Assembly (NCBI GenBank): GCA_012295275.1
Contig: CM022670.1
Span: 27,962,001-28,026,000, forward strand
Origin: Chrysomallon squamiferum
Lineage: Eukaryota; Animalia; Mollusca
Reading direction: 5' to 3'
Length of the DNA stretch: 64,000 nucleotides
The notes under the pieces are model-generated. The model was not told the DNA's origin. It made no database searches and was given only the letters and a program-made list of their open reading frames with translations. A program made the position numbers and the translations under genes. Below are positions 61,928 to 64,000 of the stretch, piece by piece (within the stretch, counting starts at the first letter, position 1; the number at the start of each line of letters is the position of its first letter).

Positions 61928-63661
61928 ATATATTTAACGCAGGAACCAATGGGACTTCATGCTCACCACACACAACGTCAAAAGCCAGTCTAAAACCAAC
62001 AAGTTCTGTTAACGCTACAACATCTCCTACAACAGCCACAACCACAATCCAGTCTTCCACGACTGAGATTCCAAAACCTTATGAAGTGGGCAAACAATAT
62101 GAAGTGATTGTTGAAGCAGCAGCGAGGGAACTGAACACGAATAAAACGAAGACTGCAATCAGTTCAGCCTGGCTGTCAGCCAATAAAAGTAAAAATACTT
62201 CTTAACTCTTCTTCAGTACTGAACTTCTGTATAAAAAAACAAACAAACAAAAAATAAAAATAGAAAACAAAAGTGTTCTTCAGCAATTAACTGAATATAT
62301 TAAAATTTTGAGTGATTAGCTACTGAACTTGGAGTATTAAAATATTATTATTATTGCATATTTTTAATTTTTAAATTTAATTTTTTTATTATTATTTTTT
62401 TAATGACTAAAAAATCTAGACATTCAATGATCTTTTACTATTTCTCTGGTCTGAAGGTTTTTACATTGTATAACACACTTAAACATACTACTACTACTGC
62501 TACTACTACTACTATCATTACTACGACTACTACTATTATCAGTAATAATAATAATAATGAAGATGATACTGAATATTATGATAATAAATTAAATTAATTA
62601 ATAATAGTAAAAATAAATAAATGATATCTAAAAGTAATATGGACAATAAAAAAGAGGAAAGAACGATTTTTAAAATACTTCCTGCCTGATTGGTTTTTTT
62701 TTTTTGTTTTTTTAAGAACTTGACAAGACTGATATCGAGATCATGGTGCTTGGTATAGAAGAGGCAGTATCTGAAAACAGGTAATAACAATAATAATAAC
62801 AACAATAATAATAATAATAACAATAATAATAATAATATATGTCTAGATATACAGGCAGCTGGTGCTTCGCAAACACCTGCTTAATATTTAATATTTAAAT
62901 AAATAAATATATATATATACGAAGTTGCCCGTATCAGAGATACATGTGTGACAGAAACCTTCTTTTTCTCTCTGTCTCTTAAACCTATAAACCACTGAGA
63001 GGAGAACGTATAGAAATGAGTGATATGCCTGTTCTGTTTCAAACCATAACCCCAAACCTCAACCCTAACCTTAACTCTAGCTAAGACTAACCTAGCCTTA
63101 AAGCTAAACACTAAAACTAACTAACCCCAGTCTTACCTAATTCTAACCCGAATTCTAACCCTAACCCTAAACCTAACCGAAACTATAAAGCTAAATTTAT
63201 CCCTAACCCTAACCCTAGTGATTGAGATAAATAGATAATTAAATCTTAAAGTCCCTTGGATCATGTTTTATAAATATTTATATTTTTAAATATTATTATC
63301 TCCTGCTGTGCTCGTATGCAATCGGTTATATCTTTTTCTTTTCAATTTTCTCCAGAAATATCGTATCAGTGCTGAAATACAACTTGACTGTTAAATCAGA
63401 GAAGGATTCTAAAGATGTGTTTCAGCCTACGAGTCTTCAGTACGAGGCGGCCATTAGCACGGTGTACAACACAAAAGTGTACCGTGGTAAAATCATCGTC
63501 TATGTGGCATCCACGTTCTCTGTCTACGTTAAAGGGAGACCACCTATTTCTGAACACTGGAAGAATGTAACAAATGATATACACAGAGTCTGGAATCAGA
63601 ACAGTAGTAAATATGATCTTATTTTATCACTATTATTGTTTAATTAAGTGAATTTATATGG

Positions 63662-63693
<32 letters not shown>

Positions 63694-63961
63694 ATGTGTG
63701 TATGTGTTTGTGTTAGAGTGTGTAGATATAAACATATATATACACATGTATATACACATGTACATACGCACATAAACGCATATGTTTACATAAAAATGCA
63801 CACACACACACACACACTTATATGTATGTATGTATGTATGTTTTTCATATGTACTTGTGAATATATGTGTATCTGTTGTTAATGTATATAATTCTAGGTA
63901 TGGTCAATAAAACATTCATAGTGCAGATAGTCGCTACAGAGGAGTACACTGGACCAAACAG
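57839..63961 (+). CDS. Atypical Delta-like (DSL family) protein, 3'-partial: join(57839-57886,59131-59301,59908-60016,60471-60610,60805-61004,61411-61479,61943-62188,62717-62780,63356-63606,63898-63961); apparent 1-nt frameshift near 59245
   Basis: Signal peptide, C2/MNNL-like region, clear DSL domain, one EGF-like repeat, Ser/Thr stalk and repeated module. All introns are GT-AG and phase-compatible once one base is removed from exon 2. Confidence 0.82.
59022..59083. repeat. (CTTA)n tetranucleotide microsatellite, ~15 copies
   Basis: Direct inspection. Lies just upstream of the exon-2 acceptor. Confidence 0.95.
59131..59301 (+). CDS. Delta-like exon 2: C2/MNNL N-terminal part (GKIKISFLSYENPSGRDIHDTCC...[frameshift]...PCESYCDYVFDLCLSKPG)
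   Basis: Acceptor ttacag|GTG, donor CAGG|gtatgt. The two halves match the Notch-ligand N-terminal pattern in different frames. Confidence 0.8.
59908..60016 (+). CDS. Delta-like exon 3: C2 domain (HTDCTYGKKTFQGPQGKNEFNF...FHFNLWE)
   Basis: Acceptor ttttctag|T, donor GAA|gtaagt. CxYG and FxFxxW motifs of the DSL-ligand C2 domain. Confidence 0.85.
60471..60610 (+). CDS. Delta-like exon 4: C2 domain C-terminal strands (GGFHINVTVRN...YTWSGHRHRNST)
   Basis: Acceptor tttatatag|GGA, donor AAA|gtacgt. Open frame, phase 0 to 2. Confidence 0.8.
60805..61004 (+). CDS. Delta-like exon 5: DSL domain (CDQNYYLGDCSKYC...GHYSCDSRGERICKKGWKSPDC)
   Basis: DSL cysteine spacing with YY and GHY motifs. Acceptor ttcttcag|A, donor AAG|gtaaca. 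Confidence 0.93.
61411..61479 (+). CDS. Delta-like exon 6: EGF-like repeat core (DPCHNVGVCYLIKKTSSWCCCYD)
   Basis: Acceptor tttgcag|AT, donor ATG|gtaagt. PCxNxGxC motif. Confidence 0.85.
61943..62188 (+). CDS. Delta-like exon 7: EGF end (GTNGTSC), Ser/Thr-rich stalk, start of repeated module 1
   Basis: Acceptor aacgcag|GA, 246 nt open frame, donor AAA|gtaaaa. Confidence 0.8.
62717..62780 (+). CDS. Delta-like exon 8: 64-nt exon of module 1 (KLDKTDIEIMVLGIEEAVSEN)
   Basis: Acceptor tttttaag|AA, donor CAG|gtaata. Phase 1 to 2. Same length and AACAG ending as exon 10. Confidence 0.78.
63040..63218 (-). repeat. Degenerate interstitial telomere-like (CCCTAA)n tract
   Basis: Several CCCTAA hexamers and variants, e.g. 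63201-63217. Confidence 0.75.
63356..63606 (+). CDS. Delta-like exon 9: end of module 1 and start of module 2
   Basis: Strong acceptor ttttctccag|A, overlaps ORF 63369-63647. Donor GTA|gtaaat (alternative 3 nt upstream). Confidence 0.8.
63898..63961 (+). CDS. Delta-like exon 10: 64-nt exon of module 2 (SMVNKTFIVQIVATEEYTGPN)
   Basis: Acceptor attctag|GT, donor CAG|gtaaat. Phase 1 to 2. Confidence 0.75.
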
Positions 63962-64000
63962 GTAAATACATTGGCTGTATAATCTTTAATAATAATAACT

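Noticed and set aside
63040-63218. True chromosome end
   Set aside because: Short, degenerate and located inside an intron with coding exons on both sides.
63361-63369. Alternative acceptor ATCAG at 63369 joining exon 7 directly to exon 9
   Set aside because: Phase-compatible but weak. The strong acceptor at 63355 plus the 64-nt exon 62717-62780 mirrors the second module.

Overview
AT-rich, microsatellite-dense animal genomic DNA with spliceosomal GT-AG introns. It is an invertebrate, and a mollusc/lophotrochozoan origin is plausible but only inferred. Nearly all ORFs in the supplied track are microsatellite artefacts. Two + strand multi-exon genes were rebuilt by hand with consistent splice phases. 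(1) A complete 8-exon SAMD1-like chromatin reader (CDS 28390-48217, 1539 nt, 512 aa): SAMD1/KAT6-type winged helix, probable second winged helix, AT-hook, double PHD finger and SAM domain. (2) The first 10 exons (57839-63961, continuing out of the window) of an atypical Delta/DSL-family gene: signal peptide, C2/MNNL, DSL, one EGF, Ser/Thr stalk, then a repeated two-exon SEA-like module. As assembled it has a 1-nt frameshift in exon 2. The left 15 kb holds a ~2 kb tandem duplication, a hAT MITE, minisatellites and possible alternative first exons of a minus-strand gene whose body lies outside the window. A deleted Tigger transposon sits just upstream of the Delta-like gene. The most unusual observations are tandem repeats built from splice signals (six serial copies of a real 3' splice site, a CAG/GTAA array, a branch-point-like array), the Delta-like architecture, an ARE/AP-1-like motif cluster and two abutting perfect 14-bp palindromes.
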